This document shows, piece after piece, positions 27,176-39,500 of a stretch of DNA of 64,000 nucleotides. The notes under the pieces were generated by a model. The model worked only from the letters and a program-made list of their open reading frames with translations, was not told the DNA's origin and ran no database searches. Numbering within the stretch: the first letter of the stretch is position 1; each line of letters starts with the position of its first letter. The stretch comes from Tubulanus polymorphus. Its lineage: Eukaryota > Animalia > Nemertea. The position numbers and the translations under genes were made by a program. The DNA lies in NCBI RefSeq assembly GCF_964204645.1, contig NC_134031.1, forward strand, positions 8,742,001-8,806,000, written 5' to 3'.

Positions 27176-30100
27176 TTGATCTTAAAATAGGGATTGTCCC
27201 CATTATTTATTTAATTGGCTGGTAAATTTTGTTTGATTTTTCGATTGAGTGTCCCTTACAGACCCACCACACCTGCCGGGAGCGAAACAGGGGGTTTGAT
27301 TTTGAAATCGGAAATCGAAGTACAGATATAGATGTGTGATCGGCGGTCGAGTTAACAGAATATTTTCAAATCGAAGTACATAATTGGAAATTCGGTTCCG
27401 GTTCATCCAAACAATCTTCCATTCAGTCTGAACCGGCAAGCGACTGATTGGGATGAATTTTTCTGGCTGCCTAATTACTTTAATACTAATCTATTACTAT
27501 TTAATACAATGAGATTCTGGAAACAGCTATATTACAAGATCATTTTGTCCATTTTTATATTTTTTGGTCGTTTTCTACGTGTAAATAGTCCGATAGTTTA
27601 TTGTGGTTTTTTTTCTCGGGTAGATGTTGATGTAGAAGTCTTCTAAGTTGATGATCCCGCGTGTTGACTAGATAGGAAGAAAGCACATTTCGAAATGCAA
27701 ATTTTCCAGATGAGAGTATGGCCCTGGGGTATCCGAAGTGTAGTTGTATGAAACCGACGGTGCAGCTCCAATGAGGATGGGTTTCTCCGTCAAGGGGGAC
27801 GCAGTTGGTACTTCACATCTGGTGCTGAATTTGCCTAAAAGTATAAGTTTTACACTGGGAGCAGTTATGTGTTTCTAATATACAGTGAGTTAGGTCCGTG
27901 AATGTATCGCAATCAAACGGACAGTGCTATGCGTATTGATGGACCGTCAGTAAGAATGCGGCACAGACACGTGAATATTGAATACATGTTTGTACACTTA
28001 CATATATCAGGGAAGTGTGATGTCTCATCACACTTCCCTGCATATATACAGTCTTGATCGGGTTTTATTGACATTGTCACGATTAGGTTTTTGGTAGCTT
28101 TTAATGAGACTGATGTCAAGAGGCAACTTTCCAGTCACCATTGCGCGTAGATAGACTGAGCTTGCTATCCTAAGATCACAAACGGAGGCAGCGTTCCAGC
28201 TATCGTGGCATGAGCCTGAGTTTACAGTCAAAACATCAGAAACAGTAAACTAATAAACTAATGCGTATGTGATGATATAGAGCAAAAGTGGGCAGACAGT
28301 TCTATGCGTATTGATAGACCGTCATCCCTGTTCGATCTAAATCAGAACATACCTCAAGTGTCAAAGTCGGGATATGTAGGTGTAAGTAATAAAAAAGGCG
28401 TTGGGTTTTATTAATAGACTACGCTAATGGTGTCGATTGTGATTCTGTTTACTACGTTCAGTCCGTTTGCATCCAGGTGTATAAGTACATTGTTAAGAGT
28501 CCAAATATGAAGGTTTTGTTGAAGCATGATTTCTTGGTTTAGGCGATCTATTAGCGAGTTTTTGAAATACATTATAGTGTTGATGCGGCCAGAGCCTTGT
28601 TCTAAATTGTAGTGATTTTTGTACAAAATGGATTGTGCGAGAAACAAAAGGTAGTTCGCGAGTGTGCGTTTGAAGAAATCTCGTTCTATTGTTTTAGTAA
28701 TTCCTGTGTAGACGATGTCTTGAGTGATATTTATTGGTGTGTCTAGTATGCGTTGAATGATTGGTTGTATAGATGAATATAATTGCTGTGCTTCTGTGCA
28801 TGAGAATACTACATGGTCATTCGTTGCCGCGCGTCCACAAATTTTACAATTTGGATCAGTTTTTATTTTCCAAAGTACTAGTTTTGAAGCTGTTGCCAGA
28901 GTATTATGCAGTAATTTCCAATGAATATCACTAAATCGTCTATCAATATGATTATTATAAACTTCATTCCAAATTTCCGGCCAGTTCAGATCAGCATTTA
29001 ACATTTCAGTAATTTTGGTTTGCCCTATCGGTGTGATTTGATGGAGATTTTTTAATAATAGAATTCCATAAATTTGAGATGATAAAAGTTGTCCTATAGT
29101 ACACACTATATTACCAAATTGTACATAGATTTTTGGTAATTCATCGGGATCTAAATTTTGGTCAGACAGAATTAGTTTCCAATGTTGCGGTATCGTATTG
29201 TATATACATGTGTGTTTAAATTTATTTGTTAATGGAATTTCGTTAAATGCTTTGTAGTTGCCACGATTATCGAATAGATGTCGTAGATTGGTTATACCGT
29301 GATGTATGTATTCTGTGAAATTGGTTTTCTTGTTGAGCTTAATTTTTGGGTTGCCAAAAATAGGTTTTTGCAGAATTTCGGTAATGGTCTCAGTTGTAAC
29401 TAGATGTTGTTGAAAAACTGTCCATGATTTTAATAGATGTCTGTAGTAGTCATTTGTAATGACTTTTTTGGGTATTTCATTGTGAATGATGTTTGAAATA
29501 TTCCAGCCTGGGCCTAGATATTTTTGCAGATTGTAGTTGATAAGTGGTTTCCAGTGTGTTGGTTTTAGAGCGTGGTTTATCATCGTCTTAATTGCCTGTG
29601 TTTGTTGTCTGTATTTAATGTTGTGTAAGTCGAGACCTCCGTGTTCGATTTTTTTATGTATTATGTCTTTACTGACAAGGCGTTTTCCATTATCCCATAG
29701 GAAATTGATGATTTATGGTTCAAAGATTTTGATATATTTATCTGGAATTGGAAAAATCTCGGAAGTGTACCATAATATAGGTAGTATAAAAGAGTTTATG
29801 ACAACCTTTTTGCCATGTAAAGATAATTTAGTTTGGCGCCAAAGATTTATGATATTTTGAATTATTTTCGGATTCCAGTTTAAATCATCAGTATTTTCAT
29901 TGCCGAAATGAATTCCATAAATTTTCATGGATTTCTTCCAATTTAAGTCTAAAGGTTTATCGTTTCTAGCTTTCCAAGATCCTATCCACATACACTCAGT
30001 TTTATCTTTATTAATTTTTGCACCCGATGCTCTTTCAAACAGAGTTAAGGTTGTAAGGACTTGATTCAATGATTAGAACTAAGTCGGTTAGACATAATGT

Positions 30101-31577
30101 AGTGTCATCTGCAAATTGTTTGATTTTAATTTCTGTGTCATCTGGTAGTTTTACTCCTTTGATATTGTTGTTTTCGCGTATTTTAATTGCTAATGGTTCC
30201 GCTGCTATTATGTAGAGTATTGCGCTCATGGGACATCCCTGTCTTACGCCTCTTTCTAAGGTGAAGGGTTTAGTTAAGAAGCCGTTACTTTTAATTCTGG
30301 ATTTTGGATTTGAATAGCAAGTCTTGATGTACCGAATTAGATTTCCTCCAAAACCGAAAGATTCTAAAGTTTTAAACATATATGGCCAGTCAACACGATC
30401 AAAAGCTTTCATTTGATCGATGGTCACTAAAAATGCGTCTAAATTATCATTATTAACGTAATCAATTAAGTCTCTTATGATATGACCATTGTCTTGAATT
30501 CGACGTCCCTTTACGCTACATGTCTGGTCTGGGTGTATTATGTCTGTTAGACAGTTAATTAATCTGTTAGCGAGAACTTTTGTGAATATTTTGTAATCTG
30601 TACATAGTAATGAGATTGGTCTCCAATTTTTCAAGTCTGTTTTGTCATTTTTCTTATGAATTAATGAAATAATACCAGTTTGCATTGATTTAGAAAGTCT
30701 ATTTTCTTGTATACACGCATGTTCTAATTGTAGAAAGTCATTTTGGAGAGTATGCCAAAATATTCTATAAAATTCAATAGGTAGTCCGTCTATACCAGGG
30801 GATTTATTATTTTGGAAAGATTTGACTGAATTTGTTAATTCGTCGATTTCTATTTCGGAGTCATGCTGGAGTTTCTTTTGATTAGAAATTTTAGGTAGAT
30901 AACTCAGGAATAGATTTTGGGTTTCTAAATCCGTTTCTTCTTTTCTATATAAGTCTTTATAAAATTTTAGTTGAATTTTTTCAATGTCTTTTTGACCAGT
31001 TTTAATTTCACCCAGATTATTTTTGAGAGTCCTGATGTGATTCTTTTTAGCGCGCTGTTTTTCATAATTTGCAAAGAAGGTACTTGTTTTCTCCCCAAAT
31101 TCTCTCCACTCAATTTTAGATCTTATCATTGCACTTTTTGCTTTTTCAAAGTCGAAGTCACGAATACGCTTGGTAAGATATTCAATTTGATTTTGGTTAG
31201 TGTTTACTCCTAAATCAGAAAGTTTTTCGAGAATGAATAATTCAGATTCTAATGATTTCTTAAGATTGTTTTTAATTCTGCGGAGTTCTAATGCAAAATT
31301 TATAGATCTTTGTTTTATTTGAATTTTGCCCTCTTCCCACCATTCAATAATCGATTCATAAAACTGTTTGTGATTTTGCCATTGATTCCGAAATTCTGTT
31401 ATCATAGTGATGTAATTAGGGTTTTTAAGTAGTTCTTTGTTGAGATGCCAGTATCCCTTGCTACGTTTGACTTGAGAAGTGTTAATTGTCAATTCGACGA
31501 TCTTGTGATCGGAATGAATATAGTTGATATGTTTCACCTGTTCTATGTCTGGCTGTAAAGTGTCTGATACATAGAAT
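27176..31577 (-). mobile_element. 5'-truncated L1/Tx1-clade LINE with long 3' UTR and 17-bp TSD
   Basis: Flanked by CAAACTTGCGTAACGTT (27159-27175) and CAAATTTGCGTAACGTT (31578-31594). An AATAAA on the minus strand at 27206-27211 lies about 30 nt before the end. Confidence 0.85.
28411..31577 (-). pseudogene. LINE ORF2 (end of APE endonuclease, reverse transcriptase, C-terminal Cys/His motif), frameshifted
   Basis: SDH endonuclease end; KSPGIDGLPIEFY; NWRPISLLCTDYKI; IDQMKAFDRVDW; GVRQGCPMS; QFADDT; CKICG..TNDHVVFSC. Split into ORFs 30035-31537, 29713-30069 and 28411-29583. Confidence 0.92.
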
Positions 31578-32339
31578 CAAATTTGCGTAACGTTAGCGAA
31601 TAAGGTCCCGGGGCTAAGTTGTAGATATCGATCATGGTGGTCTGTCGCCGGTTTCTGTGAGCACATCTTCGCCATCTGCCACTGTGATACAATACTAAGA
31701 ATTCGACTGTAAGACATCCTCCACAGGTTAACTAAGAGCTAATTTTAAAAACTTTCAGGGAATGGGTCAACAAATGTAAAACCCAGAACAAAGGCTTCCG
31801 ACAAAACACACTGAACATAATTCCGTTATTTAATCATCTTTATTTGTTAAACTATTCATTATCAAATAAAACAACATCTAAATGAAAAATATAAATTATC
31901 AAGGTATGAAGGAAAAAGAAGATACTGACCTATGCGGTTTGTTTTTAGGCAGAGGTGCGCCTATGTTAAGTAAACGATGCTGAAAAAATATCAAAAACGT
32001 ATATGATCATAAAAAATCGTATTTTAGTTGAATTGAAATTTAGCTCACCTTGCAGGAAATGGGTCGTCGAGTGCCGTGTTACTGCCCTAAGTGTGATGGG
32101 CTCCTCGTGAATAACAAAACAAGAAACCGTCAGAGAAATGGAGGTATAATAGATTGTGACTTATCAGTTAGAAAAAAAATATTATAAATTTTGAATCCAG
32201 ACCAAAAGATATCAATACAATACAACATCCTGGGCTTGCATTTCAAGTGTCAATAGAGGAGGATCAATCGAATGAAAATACTGATGATAATGACTTCAAT
32301 GGCGGAAACGATGACTTCAATGGCGGAAACGATGATGAT

Positions 32340-32483
32340 GGTGGTGGTGGTGGTGGTGGTGGTGGTGGTGGTGGTGGTGGTGGTGGTGGTGGTGGTGGTG
32401 GTGGTGGTGGTGGTGGTGGTGGTGGTGGTGATGGTGATGGTGATGGTGATGGTGATGGTGATGATGATGATGATGATGATGAT
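32340..32483. repeat. Compound microsatellite (GGT)n-(GATGGT)n-(GAT)n
   Basis: Directly visible; it explains the poly-G/P/T/V ORFs in the track. Confidence 0.97.
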
Positions 32484-33597
32484 CCCCCTATAGTACATGG
32501 CCTCACCTAGTCCTCTCAACACGCAGGACCAATCTCCAAGTACACTACCACGTAAACCTTGGGGGTACTGGTATTCCAAATTGCATTCCTGCTTATCCTG
32601 CTTTGACTAGAAAAATTATAGGTGATGTTGCTCAAGACCAAAATTTTCGTTTCTTTGTAAAAGAGAGTTGTCTAATTGCATTTTGTTTGTTTGCAGTTCC
32701 TTTTTTAATTATTTTTACGAGTCCATTACAGAATGTTTGGAATATTTGCAAGGCTTACGGCCATAAAACGTTTACTTCTCAACCGATCCCCACATTGTTA
32801 AAGGAAAATTCCACGGGACCAATGAGACGTGTAGATTCTGGACCAATGAGAGGTGGGACTATATCAAGCAGTTCATGAACCCCTCTAATCTAAAGTCAAC
32901 ATCTGTAGAAGCCCAATCGTATAGCTATTTCATTGCCTCTAGAGCGATCGGCGAGATTTATCAATTTACCAAGAGAGGATAGATTGTGTAAATTATGTAA
33001 TGTTTTTGAAAATTAGAGTTTAGAGCTGTTCAGAGTGTTAATAATGTATAGGCCTACCGGTAGGGCCTACCTAGAATCTCCCAATTGGGACAGCTAAACA
33101 AAATTCAGGACTTTTCCTACTGACATTATTCCAAAGGTTTCGAAATCCTGAATACTACTCGATTAAATTTATAATAGATTCGAATTTTTGTGTGTTTCGA
33201 TGTATCATGTGTATAGTATTTAGGGCCTATATATTGCTACACTATCAGGCTGCCCGGTCTTTTTCTTAATATTTCAGTAATGTGAATTTTCAAATGTATT
33301 GGTCGAATTGTTGTAGGCCCTATTGTAAAATTCTGAAGTTTGTAAATTTCACTCTGTAGCCCTACGTGTCGACCCGGAAAGGATGTATGAGTATAATGAA
33401 GAGTTTTATTGAATTGAATTGTTTAGCTTCGTTCCGTGTGCAGTATATAGAGTTTGCATTTTACTCGGGCCTAAATCCCCACATGACACCCTCAAAGCCC
33501 CACGGCCTGTGAAACTATAAAAAAACGAAACGACCCTTGAATTGAATTTAAGACTGTTGACACCAACGACACCGGGAGCCGGCCGAAGAATAATATC

Positions 33598-36500
33598 ATG
33601 ATTGGCATCATGAATATGAGTTTAGTGAACGAAAACGACGTGAAGGGAAGAAACAACTCGAAGTTCGACGGGGTCCAAGATAAGATTCTTCAGCGTTTGA
33701 CGAATTATGGTAGGCCTAATAATGTAGGCCTAATGTCTATTTCAACTAATGTCTATTTATTAATTGATGAGACCTGTTTTTCTGGGATATTTTGCTTACT
33801 TTTTGGGGTACATACCTCATTTATGTCTTAACAGAATGCCAAAAATCGCGGACAACAACTGAATATCCGATATATTTCCAGTTCTGTACCAATTAGATGG
33901 ATTGGCAAAAAGACTCCTTAAGTCCAGTTGAATGAGAGAGAAAATCCTCCATTTTGTCAAATTTCTTCGATTTGAACATTGTTACCATGCCTACGCCACC
34001 CTGATTTAGTTGTTGAGACCTCACAAGAAAAATAACTTCATTTCGTAGGCATGGTGACAATGTAAAAATTCAAGAAATTTCACAAAATGGAGGATTTTCT
34101 CTCTCATTCAACTGGACTTAAGGAGTCTTTTTGCCAATCCATCTAATTGGTACAGAACTGGAAATATATCGGATATTCAGTTGTTGTCCGCGATTTTTGG
34201 CATTCTGTTAAGACATAAATGAGGTATGTACCCCAAAAAGTAAGCAAAATATCCAAGAAAAACAGGTCTCATCAATTGATAAATAGACATTAGTTAGTTA
34301 CCTAATCGTTGGTGGTAAGCTTTTTATAATCGGATGGGCTGTGGTTTGTGAAAATATCCGATCGTGAAACTAAACCACAGACAGGTTACTGACTATATTT
34401 CAACCTGACTTGAGAGCATTCCGGGTGGCCTAGCTCGCTAATTTTTGGTAGTACATACCTGATAAAGGTCTTAATAAGACCAGAAAGGACAAGCAGTCGA
34501 CCTAAAACATCACTTTTTAATCCATTAGAAACTGTATTGAAGTATATCCAAAAAGTCTTCACTGAAAGGGGTTAAATGAAGAGAAGTGACTCCATGATTT
34601 GAAAGTTTAACAATATGTTTCCATGCCTACGTACCAAACTTCAGTTGGTAGGCATGGAAACATATTGTTAAACTTTCAAATCATGGAGTCTCTTTTCTCT
34701 CAGGAACCCCTTTCAGTGTAGTCTAGTACCTAGCCGTTGTTCCTGAAACAACGTCTAGGGCGAAAGTGCTCATATAAGGTTAATTTTCGTCCCTCATTTT
34801 GAGGGACGAGGCTTTGAGCGTCTATTTCACCCCTTAAAACACCATCAACTTTCCTCAAACTGACTGTTCTGTAATCAGATGGAAGTTTACTATTGTTTGT
34901 GCATAAATTTGTAATCCTAAGTAGCTTTTGACGATCGTAGTAGCTCAAAACTTTTGACTAGTCGCCTCAAAAAACAGTTGAAGTGAAGCACCATAACAAA
35001 TATGGCAGCTTTTCGTGGTGCATGATGGGAGTGTAAATTACGGATTCGAACTTAAACTTGGTGCCAATGCAGATATTATTCTTGTTTCAAATTATTAAGG
35101 TTAAAATTGACCAAAATCTTTGCGGTTTATCAACAAGAAATAACATTTAGAGAAATTTTAGAGAGACATATTGAATTTTCACATTTTATTAATTCAGTCC
35201 GTATTGGAAATCCCGATAGTGGCAATAAATTCAAATCAAATCAATAAATTCTCCGGTTCGCGATTAAAATCATCAAAAAATTTATTATAAAAAACGTTTT
35301 CAAAGTCAACAAGGTAACTAATTTATTTATTTTGGTACAAAGGTTTGATTTGACAATAAAATCAGTTGTTGCATTGCAATTAACAGGAGTTAACCTCTAT
35401 ATGATACTTTAGCGTCAGACGTTGTACGGAACGGTAACAACGACTGGTATTCAGACTACTTTCAGTGAAGACTTTTTGGATATCCTTCAAAACAGTTTCG
35501 AATGGATTAAAAAATGATGATTTAGGTCGACTGCCTGTCCTTTCTGGTCCTATTAAGACCTTTGTCAGGTAGGCTATGTACTACCAAAAATTAGCGAGCT
35601 AGGCCACCCGGAATGCTCTCAAGTCAGGTTGAAATAGACATTAGTCAGTAATCTGACTGTGGTTTAGTTTCACGATCGGATATTTTCACAAACCACAAGC
35701 CCATCCGATTATAAAAAGCTTACCACCAACGATTAGGTAACTAACTAGCCTAATATGATGATTGAAGAACACACGGCACGGGGGGCTTGGGCCTTTTTTG
35801 GGCCGGGGCCCAGGGGTAGTTTCTGGTTGGGGCTGGGGTAATTGATAGTAAAGTATCTGTTATTCTGCCATAAATCAGAGAAAAAACCCAATTGGTTATT
35901 TAGCCATGTACGCTAAAGTTTCCGCACCGCATCAGGACAGATGCAGCGGAAACCACTGCGCATCCACGGCAACTTCCGAGCGCTGGTGAGCTGTCAATCA
36001 AAGTAGGCCTTATACACATTATACATTATAGGTAGTTTTTCTTTCTTAGAATTGTGAATTAAGCTAGACAGAGGTTTTTGAGAAAATCAATTGAACTTAA
36101 ACTGATCATGAACTTAGGGAAAGTTGCCGCACATGCGCAGTGGGTTCCATTAGGCCTAATAGGCCAGCGTAGATGAGCAGCTTAAAAGATTAAAAAAGAA
36201 TTTTGTCATTTAAAAATCAAAAGATGTTTCGAACTCCTCTCTAAATTAGATCATCAAGGTGTGAATCAAATCGACCGGGACTCTGAGAACATGTTAATTG
36301 AGTAGATTTCTAATTGAGTAGATAATTAAACCTGCGGTAGGCATGGAGAAATATAAATGAAGAAGTCCTACAATTCGAATTTTATGTGATAGAATTTATC
36401 ATTTAGAACCATAGGCCTACAGTAGTACACGGATCAATTATTTGACTACTAAAATGTAGAAATATACTTTGAAAAATAGAATTATGAGGAGAAATATGTA

Positions 36501-39500
36501 ATGTTTCTACAAGAATTAAACGGTTCAAAGGTTTTGTTCTGGGTTTATTAAATTCGGATAAGAATATTAGAACGCGAAAGCTGATGTAATGTTTCAAAAA
36601 AGCAATAAATTATTGATTGTATTGAATTGAATTTGTCCCGCTGGACAGAGCTCTTCAAGAGGATTGAGCTCACCAGACGGTGCCACTGAATAAGGCCGGA
36701 AGTGATTCACCAATGAAATATGCTCCGCCCCGAGGGGTGTCACAAAAATAAGGGGTAGGCCTATAACGTAATCTTAATGAATTACAGTCAACCCCGCATA
36801 AGTCGTCATCGAATTAGTCGTATCGTCACGTCTCTCGTATAATTATTCTGGTCCCGATTTTTTCTTTCTTTAAACGTTATGAAATTAGGCCTATGCTTAT
36901 AACTGGTAGGCCCACTTCAAAAGTCGCATTTTCATGTTAGTCGTATCAATTTTACAAGCAAAATCATCTGATTCCATTCAAATTACCTCGTGTAAGTCAT
37001 AGCCCGATATGCCAGCAAATTAACTTTCTTGTGACGTTGTCTGCGTGGTGCACTTGGCAGCTTTAATTGATTGATTGAGGGTAGATTTCAGCAATATAGG
37101 ATCTGCACTGTCAGCTCAGGATACGACCGGGAACATGACGAACCATGCTGGAATATGAGCGTTGTATATACCATATTATCACGGGTTATTCACGGAATTC
37201 GTATAAAACTACGACTTTTAGATAATTAAGCTCCTAAAAATACGACTTACACGTGACTCGTACACATCACGTAAGTCGTAGAAAAATTGTCAGTCCCGAG
37301 GGCTACGACTTATGCTGGGTGGACAGTATAAATGCTTAAACTCTAGAATTATATTTACTGTTGTTTAATTTTGATACTGGATTAAACTTACACCAACATG
37401 TAGATTTAGGAAAGTCTGTGTTAGTTTATACAGTCGAACCTCGTTCTAACTACCTCGGAACTTATGAACCATTGCTTGTAACGTACGAAAAAAAAAACCC
37501 TGGCTAAATCCTTTGCATTTACAGTTAAATTTCATCGGAAACAACAACCCATTTTCAAATGAACTTTCGGTTATAACGACCTTAGTTTTTGAGTCCTATT
37601 ACATATTTTCAACGGTTCTAACGATCGCTAAGCCATGATCAATCACACTTGTTTGTTTATTGTCAGTTTAAAACCGTGAGACAGTGTTGCGTTATTTATC
37701 TTAGATTAGTGATACAGATTAACAATGTGTTGCTGGCTGCTACAATTTGTGGTACGGTAGTCGGTCATCGTTTCAGCCTGTTTACAGTGATATGCACACG
37801 TGCTTAATGAAAACGTACTTCGCAAAACGATTGAGACTATCAGAGAGAAATTGGGACTAAACGCTCTGAAGTTTTAAAATTGTTCTGATGTTTTAACCGG
37901 CATAGAGTTGTTATATTCATTTCCTTGATCTCTTTCCACTGCAGGTGTATTGTTTGATCAAACAGAATTGTTTTTATTCGAACAAGATTTTCTTCGGAAC
38001 ATTATGTTTTTTGTTTCAAAACGATATATTGTTCGAAGCGTTTTTCGTTCCAAAGAGCAAAATTTTGGAGCAAAAAAAACTAGATAGTCTTTGTTATAAT
38101 AAGTAATCTTAACCCTTTCAATACCACATGGTGTCTCCGCTGCTGTACCGCTGCTGTATCTGACACAAAAAAATATAGCATGTTGATAATTTCTGGGCCA
38201 ACAAAGTAGATATAAATAATTTGGATATAAGTGAACTTGAGATTAAGATGGCCATACTCCCAAGATGGCCGCCATGAAAAAATTCACGAAAAAGTTTCAG
38301 ATAAACTGCTCTGTCTCCCAGCAAAATGCACTGATCTATTCAATTTCAATTGAAATTGTATGCCATATATCCTTACTTTAGGTAGTAAAAAATTCAATGC
38401 AATAAAACAACTAAAAAATTTATTTTTCCACTCATTTACCCACTTTTCCACCGATATGCCGAAAGGCTGGATGTAGGCCTAAGGGGTTTCATTGGGGTAT
38501 AATTTCAGGCCTCAGAAAATTGTTACCTATGTATTTGACACTGATGTATTATATAGGCCTACCATGGTGTTGATAACCTTTGAGCTTACAAATAAGACAA
38601 ATAATTTGGATTTATGTGACCTTGAGGATGGACAGTTTCTGGTTCTTCACTATTGTTATTGGTGTCCAGGGTCTAAAAAATTGTCACTGATTTCATTTTC
38701 ATTATCAAAATCATTGCCGGCACTAAACCTATTTTCTGACTAAGTCTCATCATCTGAACTGCACTGTCATATTCGTTGTCACTCAATTTGTTCAGCACCA
38801 AATTCCAAGTCACCAGCATCACTGTCAGCATCATATACGAGCTGCTGAACCGTTTCATCCAGCCAAATTGTTTTTACCTGGCTGCTGCCATTTTGGATTT
38901 TATGGAGATGCCAGCACCGGCTGATGATAGATATGCCCTTCTAGAAGAAGGGTTGAGCGATACCGTATCACATATGGTACAGGTATGCTAGCTTGCCAAT
39001 TTGGGTTAATTCAAACAAAATAATCTTCTCATTCAAACACAAAGGCATAATTTGAACCTGGGTTTTCTTTGTATCCAATATCCATATCATGCCTTTCAGG
39101 TAGAAGCCCAACTTTCTGACCATGAACAGAACACTGCTTGTTTAGATCGTTTTGGAAATATATTCTGTCCGGTACATTTTTGATTACTCTATATCATCTA
39201 TCAGGATATTGAAGAGAAGACGACTTAGGATACTACCTTGTGTGACTCCACTAGTTAGACCGATTTATTCCAAGATGAGCTCCTTTGATTTTGGGCCACC
39301 TGTCTTCGTTCAGAGAAATCTGCTGAGCCATTTAAACGACCCATCATTAATACCGTTTCCGAATAGCTTATTTAGTAATCGCTGATGTTGGACCTTATCA
39401 AATGCTTTTTTGAAATCCATAAAGATTAATTGAGGCCACTGTCGATTTTCCAGAGTCAAATTACTATGTGGTCCAGTCATCCATGGTTTCAAAGTAGGCC

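Noticed and set aside
32247-32579. Poly-Gly/Pro/Thr/Val ORFs
   Set aside because: They are by-products of the GGT/GAT microsatellite.
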